From an uncultured Candidatus Kuenenia sp. (GTDB lineage Bacteria > Planctomycetota > Planctomycetia > Pirellulales > UBA1268), in assembly GCA_964581055.1 (NCBI GenBank), contig CAZOMJ010000045.1, positions 581 to 64,580 on the forward strand: 64,000 nucleotides of DNA, written 5' to 3'. The notes under the pieces are model-generated. The model did no database searches. It was not told the DNA's origin and saw nothing but the letters and a program-made list of their open reading frames with translations. The number at the start of each line of letters is the position of its first letter. Positions within the stretch are counted from its first letter, which is position 1. This document shows positions 57,505 through 64,000 of this stretch, piece after piece. A program made the position numbers and the translations under genes.

Positions 57505-58593
57505 CTACGCGGTCTTGAGTGTGTCGATATTGAAGGGGGCGACGCCGGCCTCGACGGCGATCTCGTTAAGCGCCTCAACCTCGGCCTTTGAAAAGAGCAG
57601 TCCGCCGGCCGCGTCACTGCGGGCCGCGGCCTGGGCCTCGATCTGGCCGGGCAGCATGCACTGCTCGTTGCCGTGGCCGAGGATGTCGGCGAGCACGGCC
57701 TTCACGTTGGCCTGCTGGCTGCGGCCGCCGGCGAACGCGCCGCCCGAAATCGCCTCGGGGTGGATCACCTGGAAGAAGAAGCCGCAGGTCTGCTTCTCGC
57801 CCGCCACGCGGGCCCGACAGCGGAGCGTCGGCCGCGAGCCGCCGATGAACCCCGCCACGATCTCGTTGATCAGCGACAGCCCGTAGCCCTTGTGGTCGCC
57901 AAAAGGGATCAACGACACGGCCTTGTCGGGATCGGTCGTGGGCCTGCCGTCCTTGTCCACGGCGGCATTCGGGGGGAGAGGCTTTCCCTCGCGTTTCAGC
58001 TGCTGCACGCGGCCCATCGCGATCACGCTCGTCGCCCAGTCGATCACGATCGGAAACCCGACCGCGTCACTCGTGGGAAAGCCCCACGAATGCGGGTTGG
58101 TGCCGAGCGTGGGGAACACGCCACGAAACGGCACCACCTCGGCCAGCGCCGCGGTGCAGTTGGTGTAGGCGATGTAGCCCTTCTTCGCGGCCTCCATCAC
58201 GTAGCCACCGCCCCACAGATAATGGAAGGCGTTGTCGACCGACACCGTGCCCGTGCCGTGCTTGTCGGCCAGCCGCATGCAGGTGTCGATCGCCTCCCAG
58301 GCGACCGCCTGCCCGAGCTTCTTCCCGGCATCCCAGACCTCGGCCGCGTCAAACCGGGTGGGCAGCTTCCTGATCGCCGCCTTCGGCACGCAGCCGCCCG
58401 CCTTGGAGCCGAAGAGATCGTCGAGGTGGATCGCCTTGATGGCGTTGTGCGTGCGGATGCCGTGGCGGGTCGCCGCGGTGGCCAGCCGGGCCGCGTGATC
58501 GGCCTCGACGGCATCAAACCCACGGTGCTGGTAGGCGGTGCGGACGAGCGACTCGTGCGCGGCGACCGGGATGACGCAGAACGTTTCCGACAT
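57505..58593 (-). CDS. Ldh_2-family (malate/L-lactate dehydrogenase type 2) oxidoreductase
   Basis: HGIRTHN.., NAFHYLWGGGY, FPTLGTNPHSWGFP and GDHKGYGLSL are characteristic of the Ldh_2 family. Confidence 0.75.
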   Translation of the reverse strand: MSETFCVIPVAAHESLVRTAYQHRGFDAVEADHAARLATAATRHGIRTHNAIKAIHLDDLFGSKAGGCVPKAAIRKLPTRFDAAEVWDAGKKLGQAVAWEAIDTCMRLADKHGTGTVSVDNAFHYLWGGGYVMEAAKKGYIAYTNCTAALAEVVPFRGVFPTLGTNPHSWGFPTSDAVGFPIVIDWATSVIAMGRVQQLKREGKPLPPNAAVDKDGRPTTDPDKAVSLIPFGDHKGYGLSLINEIVAGFIGGSRPTLRCRARVAGEKQTCGFFFQVIHPEAISGGAFAGGRSQQANVKAVLADILGHGNEQCMLPGQIEAQAAARSDAAGGLLFSKAEVEALNEIAVEAGVAPFNIDTLKTA

Positions 58594-58629
58594 GGGTGCT
58601 CAGTGATCCTTTCCTGTGGACCAGGGTGT

Positions 58630-59613
58630 TCAGACGAACTTCTTCACGGCCACGGCGGGATTGACCTGCGCGAGCGGCGGCTCGCCGTGCATCGCCCGGA
58701 TCAGGTTCGTGACGGCGGCCATCGCCTGCCGCTGCACGCTTTCATGGGTCCGCGAGCCGACATGCGGCGTGACGACGCAGTTGGGCAGTTTCGTGAGCGG
58801 ATGGTCCGCCCGGGGCGGCTCCTCGTCGAGCACGTCGGTGCCGTAGCCGCGGACGCGGCCCGACTGGAGCGCGGCGGCGATGTCGGCGGTGTTGACGATC
58901 TCGCCGCGGGCGCAGTTCAGGATGATCACACCCGGTTTCATCTTTGCAATCGTCTCCGCGCGAACGAGGTCGCGGGTCTCGGGCGTGAGGTTCGTATGCA
59001 GCGAGATGTAGTCGGACCCGGCAAAGAGGTCGTCGAGCGTCGCCGCCCGCTCAACACCGTGTTCGGCGGCGAACTTCTCGTCCCAGTAGATGTCGTAACC
59101 GACCGGCCGCATGCCGAAGGCCTTCGCGCGGATGGCCACTTCCTTGCCGATCCGTCCCATGCCCACGATGCCGATCGTCTTCTCGAGGAGTTCGTGGCCC
59201 GTCTGTCGCTTCCAGCCGCCGGATCGCGTAGAGTCGGTGTGAAACAGCAGGTTTTTCTCGAGGGCGAGCAGCAGCAGGAACGCGTGCTCCGCCACGGTGG
59301 TGTGGTTGACGCCGGGCGTGAAGAGCAGCGGGATGCCCAACTCGGTGCAGGCCGGCACGTCGATCTTGTCGACGCCGATGCCGTATTTGCTCAGCACCTT
59401 GAGCCGCGGGGAGGCCTTCGCGAGCACGGCGCGGGTGATCACGTCATCGCCGCAGATGTAGCCATCAACGTCGCCCACGAGCGAGAGCGTGTCGGCCTCG
59501 GAGAGCGGTCCGCGGGCGGTGACGATCTCCCAGCCCGTGGCGGCGAGCGCCGCATGGTGCTCGCCCGGCGTGTCCTGAAACGATGTCGTCGTGAGCAGAA
59601 TGCGTGGTGTCAT
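58630..59613 (-). CDS. D-isomer-specific 2-hydroxyacid dehydrogenase (PGDH-like)
   Basis: Start taken at the ATG at 59613 (MTPRILLTTTSF..). Motifs IGIVGMGRIGKEVA, LNCARGEIV, TDVLDEEPP, VTPHVGS. The longer ORF-track N-terminus is antisense to the 59824 gene and is rejected. Confidence 0.8.
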   Translation of the reverse strand: MTPRILLTTTSFQDTPGEHHAALAATGWEIVTARGPLSEADTLSLVGDVDGYICGDDVITRAVLAKASPRLKVLSKYGIGVDKIDVPACTELGIPLLFTPGVNHTTVAEHAFLLLLALEKNLLFHTDSTRSGGWKRQTGHELLEKTIGIVGMGRIGKEVAIRAKAFGMRPVGYDIYWDEKFAAEHGVERAATLDDLFAGSDYISLHTNLTPETRDLVRAETIAKMKPGVIILNCARGEIVNTADIAAALQSGRVRGYGTDVLDEEPPRADHPLTKLPNCVVTPHVGSRTHESVQRQAMAAVTNLIRAMHGEPPLAQVNPAVAVKKFV

Positions 59614-59823
59614 GGTGGGTGCCGTCGATGCGGTCGAACGTGGGCCTCGCGGATATGCGACCGACCGTGAAAAATATCGCAATCGACGCAGCAGCGACAG
59701 CCCGTTGGCACGCGTTCTGAAAAAGACGATACTCCGGTCGCAAAAACCGACCGTCGCGAGGCTCGCGAGCCGGTCATTCCCCTCACTGGCGGGCCCACAG
59801 TCCGCGGAAGGATTCCAGACGTC

Positions 59824-60903
59824 ATGCCCAAGCCGATCAGGATTCTCGTCGTGGGCTGCGGCCACATGGGCACGTCCCACGCCAAGGCCTACCACGCATT
59901 GCCTGAGTTCGAGATCGTCGGCATTGTCGCGCGGGGAGAATCGTCGCGTCGCCAGCTGCTCACGGCCGTGGGCGCCGAATATCCGCAGTTCGCGGATTAC
60001 GAGGAGGCTCTCGCCGCCACGAAGCCCGACGCCGTCTCGATCAACACCTATCCCGACACCCACGCCGCCTACGCGAAGCGGGCGTTTGCGGCAGGCTGCC
60101 ACGTGTTTCTCGAGAAGCCGGTGGCGGTGACGGTGGCCGAGGCGGAGGAGGTGGTCGCGGCGGCGAAGGCGGCCGGCAAGAAACTGGTCGTGGGCTACAT
60201 CCTGCGGGTGCACCCCACCTGGGCGAAGTTCGTGGAGACGGCCCGCACGCTCGGCAAGCCGCTCGTGATGCGGATGAACCTCAACCAGCAGTCGTCGGGC
60301 GACATGTGGAAGACGCACAAGTCGCTGATGAACTCGATGTCGCCGATCGTCGACTGCGGCGTGCACTACGTCGACATCATGTGTCTGATGACGCGGTCCC
60401 GCCCCGTCCGCGTGAGCGCGATCGGCGCCCGGCTGTCGGAGGAACTCAAGCCCGGCATGTACAACTACGGCCAGCTGCAGGTGACCTTCGCAGACGGCTC
60501 CGTCGGCTGGTACGAGGCGGGCTGGGGGCCGATGATGAGCGACGTCGCCTACTTCGTGAAGGATGTCGTCGGCCCGAAGGGCTGCGTGAGCATCGCCGGC
60601 GTGAAGGATGGCGACACCGCCAGCGACGACGTCGAGGGGCACACGAAGGCCTCGCTCTTGCGGCTCCACCACGGCGAACTCAAGCCCGACGGTTCATTCG
60701 CGAAGGCCGATAAATCGATCGACTGCGCCGGCGAGCCCGACCACGACGGCCTCTGCCTGCTCGAGCAGAAGGTGTTTCTCGACGCGATCCAAAACGACCG
60801 CGACCTCTCCGACCACATGGCCGACGCGGTCAACAGCCTCCGCATCGTGCTGGCCGCCGACGAGGCCTTCCGCACCGGCCGCACGGTCGAGTTCCCGGCG
60901 TGA
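59824..60903 (+). CDS. Gfo/Idh/MocA-family oxidoreductase (cytoplasmic)
   Basis: IRILVVGCGHMGTSHAKAY and CHVFLEKPVA. Confidence 0.8.
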   Translation: MPKPIRILVVGCGHMGTSHAKAYHALPEFEIVGIVARGESSRRQLLTAVGAEYPQFADYEEALAATKPDAVSINTYPDTHAAYAKRAFAAGCHVFLEKPVAVTVAEAEEVVAAAKAAGKKLVVGYILRVHPTWAKFVETARTLGKPLVMRMNLNQQSSGDMWKTHKSLMNSMSPIVDCGVHYVDIMCLMTRSRPVRVSAIGARLSEELKPGMYNYGQLQVTFADGSVGWYEAGWGPMMSDVAYFVKDVVGPKGCVSIAGVKDGDTASDDVEGHTKASLLRLHHGELKPDGSFAKADKSIDCAGEPDHDGLCLLEQKVFLDAIQNDRDLSDHMADAVNSLRIVLAADEAFRTGRTVEFPA

Positions 60904-60959
60904 CGCCGTTTAGTTTGTAGTCACATTTTTCTGGCACCGTTTTCACTTCTCAATCGCGG

Positions 60960-61331
60960 TCACGCCGCGCCGGTGGCCAAATCATCCAGTGACACGCCAA
61001 GAGCAGCCGCCAGCCGGGCAGCTACCGATAACGTCGGTTCGCGTTCATCCTGCTCGAGCTGGGAAAGATAGCCCTGCGAGATGCCGGCCACCGCCGCCAG
61101 TTGCACCTGTGTCTGTTGACGGGCTTCTCGTGCGCTGCGGATTTTTTGCCCCAGCGTCGAAACGCCCGCTCGCGTGGCCGCGGCTTTTCGCCGTGCTGCC
61201 AGGCGGCCGCGGATGCTTGCTTCGATCTCCGGCTTCTCGAGATCGATGTGCCTCCGTAAGGCGTCGTACTTCGCGGCCTCGACCGCCGTCAGTCGTCGTT
61301 CACGGGTGATGCGTTTCATCATCGATGGCAC
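60960..61331 (-). CDS. XRE-family helix-turn-helix protein, probable antitoxin
   Basis: LGQKIRSAREARQQTQVQLAAVAGISQGYLSQLEQDEREPTLSVAARLAAALGVSLDDL. It starts 27 nt downstream of a small toxin-like ORF. Confidence 0.7.
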   Translation of the reverse strand: MPSMMKRITRERRLTAVEAAKYDALRRHIDLEKPEIEASIRGRLAARRKAAATRAGVSTLGQKIRSAREARQQTQVQLAAVAGISQGYLSQLEQDEREPTLSVAARLAAALGVSLDDLATGAA

Positions 61332-61358
61332 CGTTTCGTGGCATCACAAACAACTCGA

Positions 61359-61610
61359 TCAATCAATTTCATACGCCGTCACAGGGTACACAGAATCGTC
61401 GCCAATCTCTTCAAAGACAACTGCGATCAACCGCCCCGTGGAAGTTTCTCCGAAGGCGATCAGCAGACCTGAGGATCTGCTCCGCTCGATGCCATCTGGA
61501 TCTTCCAGCACCTCCTCGACTTCTTCCTTGGAGACATCGTGCTCTGCGATGTGCTGCACGTTGCCGCGAGGATCGTCGTCCAAATCCCAGCAGGCCTGCC
61601 AGACTCCCAT
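61359..61610 (-). CDS. BrnT/DUF497-like small toxin candidate
   Basis: 83 aa. WDLDDDPRGNVQHIAEHDVSKEEVEEVLEDP..IAFGETSTGRLIAVVFEE..VYPVTAYE follows the BrnT-type pattern (K/H-H-x-V-S-x-E-E, G.t..Gr.l.vvf, A-y/r). Confidence 0.5.
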   Translation of the reverse strand: MGVWQACWDLDDDPRGNVQHIAEHDVSKEEVEEVLEDPDGIERSRSSGLLIAFGETSTGRLIAVVFEEIGDDSVYPVTAYEID

Positions 61611-61791
61611 CGATCACCCCACCGGCACCATCGATTATAACCATGGCAATACACTGGGCAACAGCACGATTTGCTGGCCGCAGACCCACAGAGCATATAC
61701 GCCCGTATACTCTTCTGTCAAAAGACAGGGATTGAAAAGGGGACACAGCCACTCCTGTTCGGCACGGCGGATGCAGGGCTTTCAAACGCGG

Positions 61792-61812
61792 CAACAAGAT
61801 TGCATCTTGTTG
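61792..61812. repeat. Perfect 9-bp-stem hairpin next to the repeat cluster
   Basis: CAACAAGAT-TGC-ATCTTGTTG, read directly. It sits 18 nt from the composite repeat. Confidence 0.7.
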
Positions 61813-61829
61813 GGCTTGGGGCCGCATTC

Positions 61830-61980
61830 GGCAAGTTAAAACCTTGCCGCCAGGAGGGGAGGGTTGCGGCTTTCTCGGCAAGACGGGCGAGACCGAAGGA
61901 GTTCGACCCGTGGCCACGAGTTTTTAACTTGTGGAATACGCGAGGGGGACACGGACAAGTTAAAAACTTGCCGCCACGGG
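61830..61980 (-). repeat. Composite intergenic repeat element, copy B: core hairpins at both ends, second hairpin and conserved tail
   Basis: Core hairpins at 61830-61848 and 61954-61972, and a CCACGAG..CTTGTGG hairpin at 61914-61934. The reverse complement aligns by eye with 14844-14975 (CCGTGGCGGCAAGTTTT.AACTTGTC..ATTCCACAAG.TAAAAACT.GTGGCCA..GGTCGAACTCCTTC..TGCCGAGAAAGC..CAACCCTC). Confidence 0.8.
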
Positions 61981-62097
61981 CCGCCAGCACATCCCACGCC
62001 GAACAGGATTGTGGCCGTCACCTTTTTTACCTCGCGGTGCTGGCAGCTTGATCTGGCCGCTTGATAAGAAGGCTTGCCGAGGCCTAGGCTTATCGTC

Positions 62098-62335
62098 ATG
62101 GAACACATCGTCAACCTGCACATTGAAAAACTTTCAGAAGGCTTCTATCTGGGCACGAGCGACGATATCCAGGGCCTGGTTGCCCAAGGGCCGGACGATC
62201 CAAGAGGCGATGGAGATCGCTCGAGACGTCGCCAAGAAACTCCTCGAACAGAAATCGTCGGCTGACGATGCAGCCGAGGATCGCTTGCCCGAAGCGCTCG
62301 ATCGGTTCGATTATCCGCTTGTCGTAGCGACGTGA
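62098..62335 (+). pseudogene. hicB: HicB-family antitoxin disrupted by a +1 frameshift
   Basis: Frame 1 reads MEHIVNLHIEKLSEGFYLGTSDDIQGLVAQG up to 62190. The HicB-like continuation RTIQEAMEIARDVAKKLLEQ.. runs in the next frame from 62192 to the stop at 62335. One extra base around C62191 separates them. Confidence 0.6.
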
Positions 62336-62667
62336 TGGGACGGCTTGCTGGCTACCGTTACCGCGAGATCGTGAAACCGCTCAAAGAGCGTGGCCTGAGG
62401 TACCACCGGCAAGCGGCCGGCTCGCATGAGATTTGGTTCAACGAACTGGTTCGCCGGTACACGACCATCCCCAACCATCCGGGAGACATGCCAGAGGGCA
62501 CGTGTGAAAGAACAGCCAGGACGGTCAGCGGCATGCCTGCAAGCCATCGCGCGAAAAACGCCGTGGCCCCATGCGTTCCTCAGCGAACGAACTGGATGCC
62601 GGGGCAGTTGGCGAAGTGCCAGTCGAAGGCTCCCGTGCGGGAGTCGGGCAGCGCCGTTCCCAGATAG
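62332..62667 (+). CDS. hicA: HicA-family mRNA-interferase toxin, with an atypical and possibly degenerate C-terminus
   Basis: YREIVKPLKERGLRYHRQAAGSHEIWFNELVRRYTTIPNHPGDMPEGT fits the HicA core (GSH..., P.H.G.d...GT). After GT the frame departs from the usual LRxILRQAG ending and runs 88 nt into the convergent gene. The start overlaps the hicB stop. Confidence 0.5.
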   Translation: MMGRLAGYRYREIVKPLKERGLRYHRQAAGSHEIWFNELVRRYTTIPNHPGDMPEGTCERTARTVSGMPASHRAKNAVAPCVPQRTNWMPGQLAKCQSKAPVRESGSAVPR

Positions 62668-63767
62668 GCGAGTGACAGCGTGCGGAACCAGGTGGGGAAC
62701 ATGCCGCTGCCATCCACGGGAGCGGTGAGTAACGGATGGCCGTATGAGAACTTTTCGCCGCGAATCCACGTGAAGCCGCCATCTGCGTTCTGCTGCGCCC
62801 AGACATGGTCTTCGGCGCGGGCGAGCGCCTGCCGGATCGCGTCGGCCTGCCGGCTCTCGGGCAGCAGCCGCGTGAGCGGGTCGATGGAATCGATGTCCTC
62901 GCACGCGCTGCTGCGCCGGCCATGCACGCCCTGGCCGAAGCCGCCGGCGTCCCTGCCGCCCTGGGTGCGGAGGATCTGCGTGACGGCCGCCTCAGGATGC
63001 GGTATCGGCTCCTTGTCGTAGAAGTAGAGCAACCAGTAGTGATAGGCGGCCTGCACGGCCCGGGAGAGCCCGACGCCTTTCGTGAGATCGTAGGTGCCCC
63101 AGAGGCCGCTGCGGTCGTCGAGATGATGATGCGTGAGCCAGTCGAGGATTCGACGCACGGCGTCGGCGGCACGCGGCTCCTTCTGAAAGTCACGGGCGTA
63201 TTGCAGCAGCGTGCCGACATTGAGCACCTCGTTGCCCACCATGTCGGCATTCCGCCAATCACGCGATTCAAGCCACTTCACGAGTGTCGCCGGAGCATAA
63301 AACGGCTCCAGATCCGCCAGCGGTTTCGCCGCCACCGTCCCGAGGCAGGTGAGCGCCGTCACGACATGACAGCTCAGGTGGCGTCTGCCGCACCACTCGG
63401 GGTCGTTCGCATACCAGCCCTGCCCGAAGATGCGGGGGTCGCGAAAGAGGCCGTCGTCATCCTGGTGCGACTGGAGGTAGGCGATCCACTCATCTCGCTC
63501 GGCCGTGGAGAGCGTGTGGAGGTCGCGGTAGAGGCTGCGGGTCATCGCCGCGTAGGTGGAGCTGTAGAGCGTGGGCTCCGGCATGTCCGCCGCGTAGCGG
63601 TAGCGGCCGAAGGCCGTGGTCGTGAACCGCATCGTCTCGATATATCGAAGGGTCGCGGCGCGGCGTTCCTGTATGAAACCCGATTCAGCCGCATGGAGGC
63701 GGAAGACGGGCGACAGGCCCACCACGGCGGCGGCACGGATGAAGTCACGACGGGGGGATGTGTTCAT
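62580..63767 (-). CDS. Tat-signal protein with prenyltransferase/terpene-cyclase-like alpha/alpha-toroid repeats
   Basis: SPRRDFIRAAAVVGL is a twin-arginine signal. Repeated motifs LQSHQDDDGLFRDP, HHLDDRSGLWGTY, ILRTQGGRDAGGFGQG, WAQQNADGGFTWI. Confidence 0.55.
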   Translation of the reverse strand: MNTSPRRDFIRAAAVVGLSPVFRLHAAESGFIQERRAATLRYIETMRFTTTAFGRYRYAADMPEPTLYSSTYAAMTRSLYRDLHTLSTAERDEWIAYLQSHQDDDGLFRDPRIFGQGWYANDPEWCGRRHLSCHVVTALTCLGTVAAKPLADLEPFYAPATLVKWLESRDWRNADMVGNEVLNVGTLLQYARDFQKEPRAADAVRRILDWLTHHHLDDRSGLWGTYDLTKGVGLSRAVQAAYHYWLLYFYDKEPIPHPEAAVTQILRTQGGRDAGGFGQGVHGRRSSACEDIDSIDPLTRLLPESRQADAIRQALARAEDHVWAQQNADGGFTWIRGEKFSYGHPLLTAPVDGSGMFPTWFRTLSLAYLGTALPDSRTGAFDWHFANCPGIQFVR

Positions 63768-63937
63768 TTACGGAAGCCGATCGGAAAGAAATGGCAGCGG
63801 AGGTCTGCGGTACTGCCGTGTTTGGTGAGGTGTCGGTCGCGGTGGTGTGCGGCGCAGGGGAGCCTACCCTTTGGCCGCATCACACCGAAAGGACGAAACC
63901 GGGCGGCAGCCCTGTTCGCGGCCACAAAACCTTGACA

Positions 63938-63968
63938 GGGGGGGGGGGGGGGGGGGACCAACCCCCCC
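63938..63968. repeat. G19 homopolymer followed by ACCAA and C7, close to the window end
   Basis: Read directly: cttgaca + 19 G + accaa + ccccccc + gggtttttgg. Confidence 0.9.
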
Positions 63969-64000
63969 GGGTTTTTGGCGCGGCGGCGGGAGCCCCACAG

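Noticed and set aside
57673-59670. 665-aa plus-strand ORF
   Set aside because: It is antisense to the Ldh_2 oxidoreductase and the 2-hydroxyacid dehydrogenase genes, which have strong motifs on the minus strand.
59614-60672. N-terminal 353 aa of ORF 58630..60672 (minus strand)
   Set aside because: This part is antisense to the Gfo/Idh/MocA gene at 59824..60903 and has no dehydrogenase similarity. The dehydrogenase homology begins at the ATG at 59613 (MTPRILLTTTSF).
61891-61912. tRNA-like T-arm string GGAGTTCGACC inside the composite repeat
   Set aside because: No acceptor stem, D-arm or anticodon arm can be drawn around it. The same string recurs in the other repeat copy (14917-14930, opposite strand), so it is part of the repeat and not a tRNA gene.

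Overview
This is a densely coding, visibly high-GC chromosomal segment. I recognise about 52 protein-coding genes on both strands and no rRNA, tRNA, CRISPR array, transposase or integrase. All calls come from reading the supplied ORF translations and the nucleotide sequence by eye; no database search was run.

The gene content is most consistent with a Planctomycetota-type genome (inference). It includes an Fae-like formaldehyde-activating enzyme, several Tat-signal Gfo/Idh/MocA and xylose-isomerase-like TIM-barrel proteins, PQQ-like beta-propellers, a giant TPR protein and a membrane Ser/Thr kinase.

Layout:
- 1-5134: glycan-synthesis genes (a GT2-sulfotransferase fusion, two more GT2 genes, CapA).
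- 5155-14834: housekeeping genes (rnc, HtrA protease, pdxJ, alkaline phosphatase, ppc, pfk).
- 15115-20563: operon led by a 1030-aa PQQ-propeller/esterase/SMP-30 triple fusion.
- 20569-23208: Fae-like gene, cyclase, small secreted peptide, SprT-like protease.
- 23372-28470: double-FHA ABCG-type transporter followed directly by a Cache-type Ser/Thr kinase.
- 28502-33950: SolA-like oxidase, PQQ propeller, TrmH-family methyltransferase, acetolactate decarboxylase, 2-hydroxyacid dehydrogenase.
- 34128-38311: four-gene group-3b-like [NiFe] hydrogenase.
- 38399-43737: five translationally coupled genes, AMP-ligase / 2-oxoacid dehydrogenase E1alpha / E1beta / E2 / stand-alone ACP.
- 43921-51111: TPR / ExbB / ExbD / TonB-like module. 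Its last protein carries a terpene-cyclase-like alpha/alpha-toroid in place of a TonB C-terminal domain.
- 51232-60903: hypothetical membrane proteins and a sugar-acid catabolic cluster.
- 60904-62700: AT-richer islet with a BrnT-like/XRE pair and a frameshifted hicBA pair.

A family of 19-nt intergenic hairpins (GGCAnGTT-TTC-AACnTGCC, with compensatory stem changes) occurs at five loci. At two of them it sits inside a roughly 130-150-nt composite element. Two long poly-G tracts are also present, one near the window end that may be an assembly artefact.

The strongest candidates for undescribed biology are the ExbBD-coupled TonB-like toroid protein module and the ligase-ODH-ACP operon.
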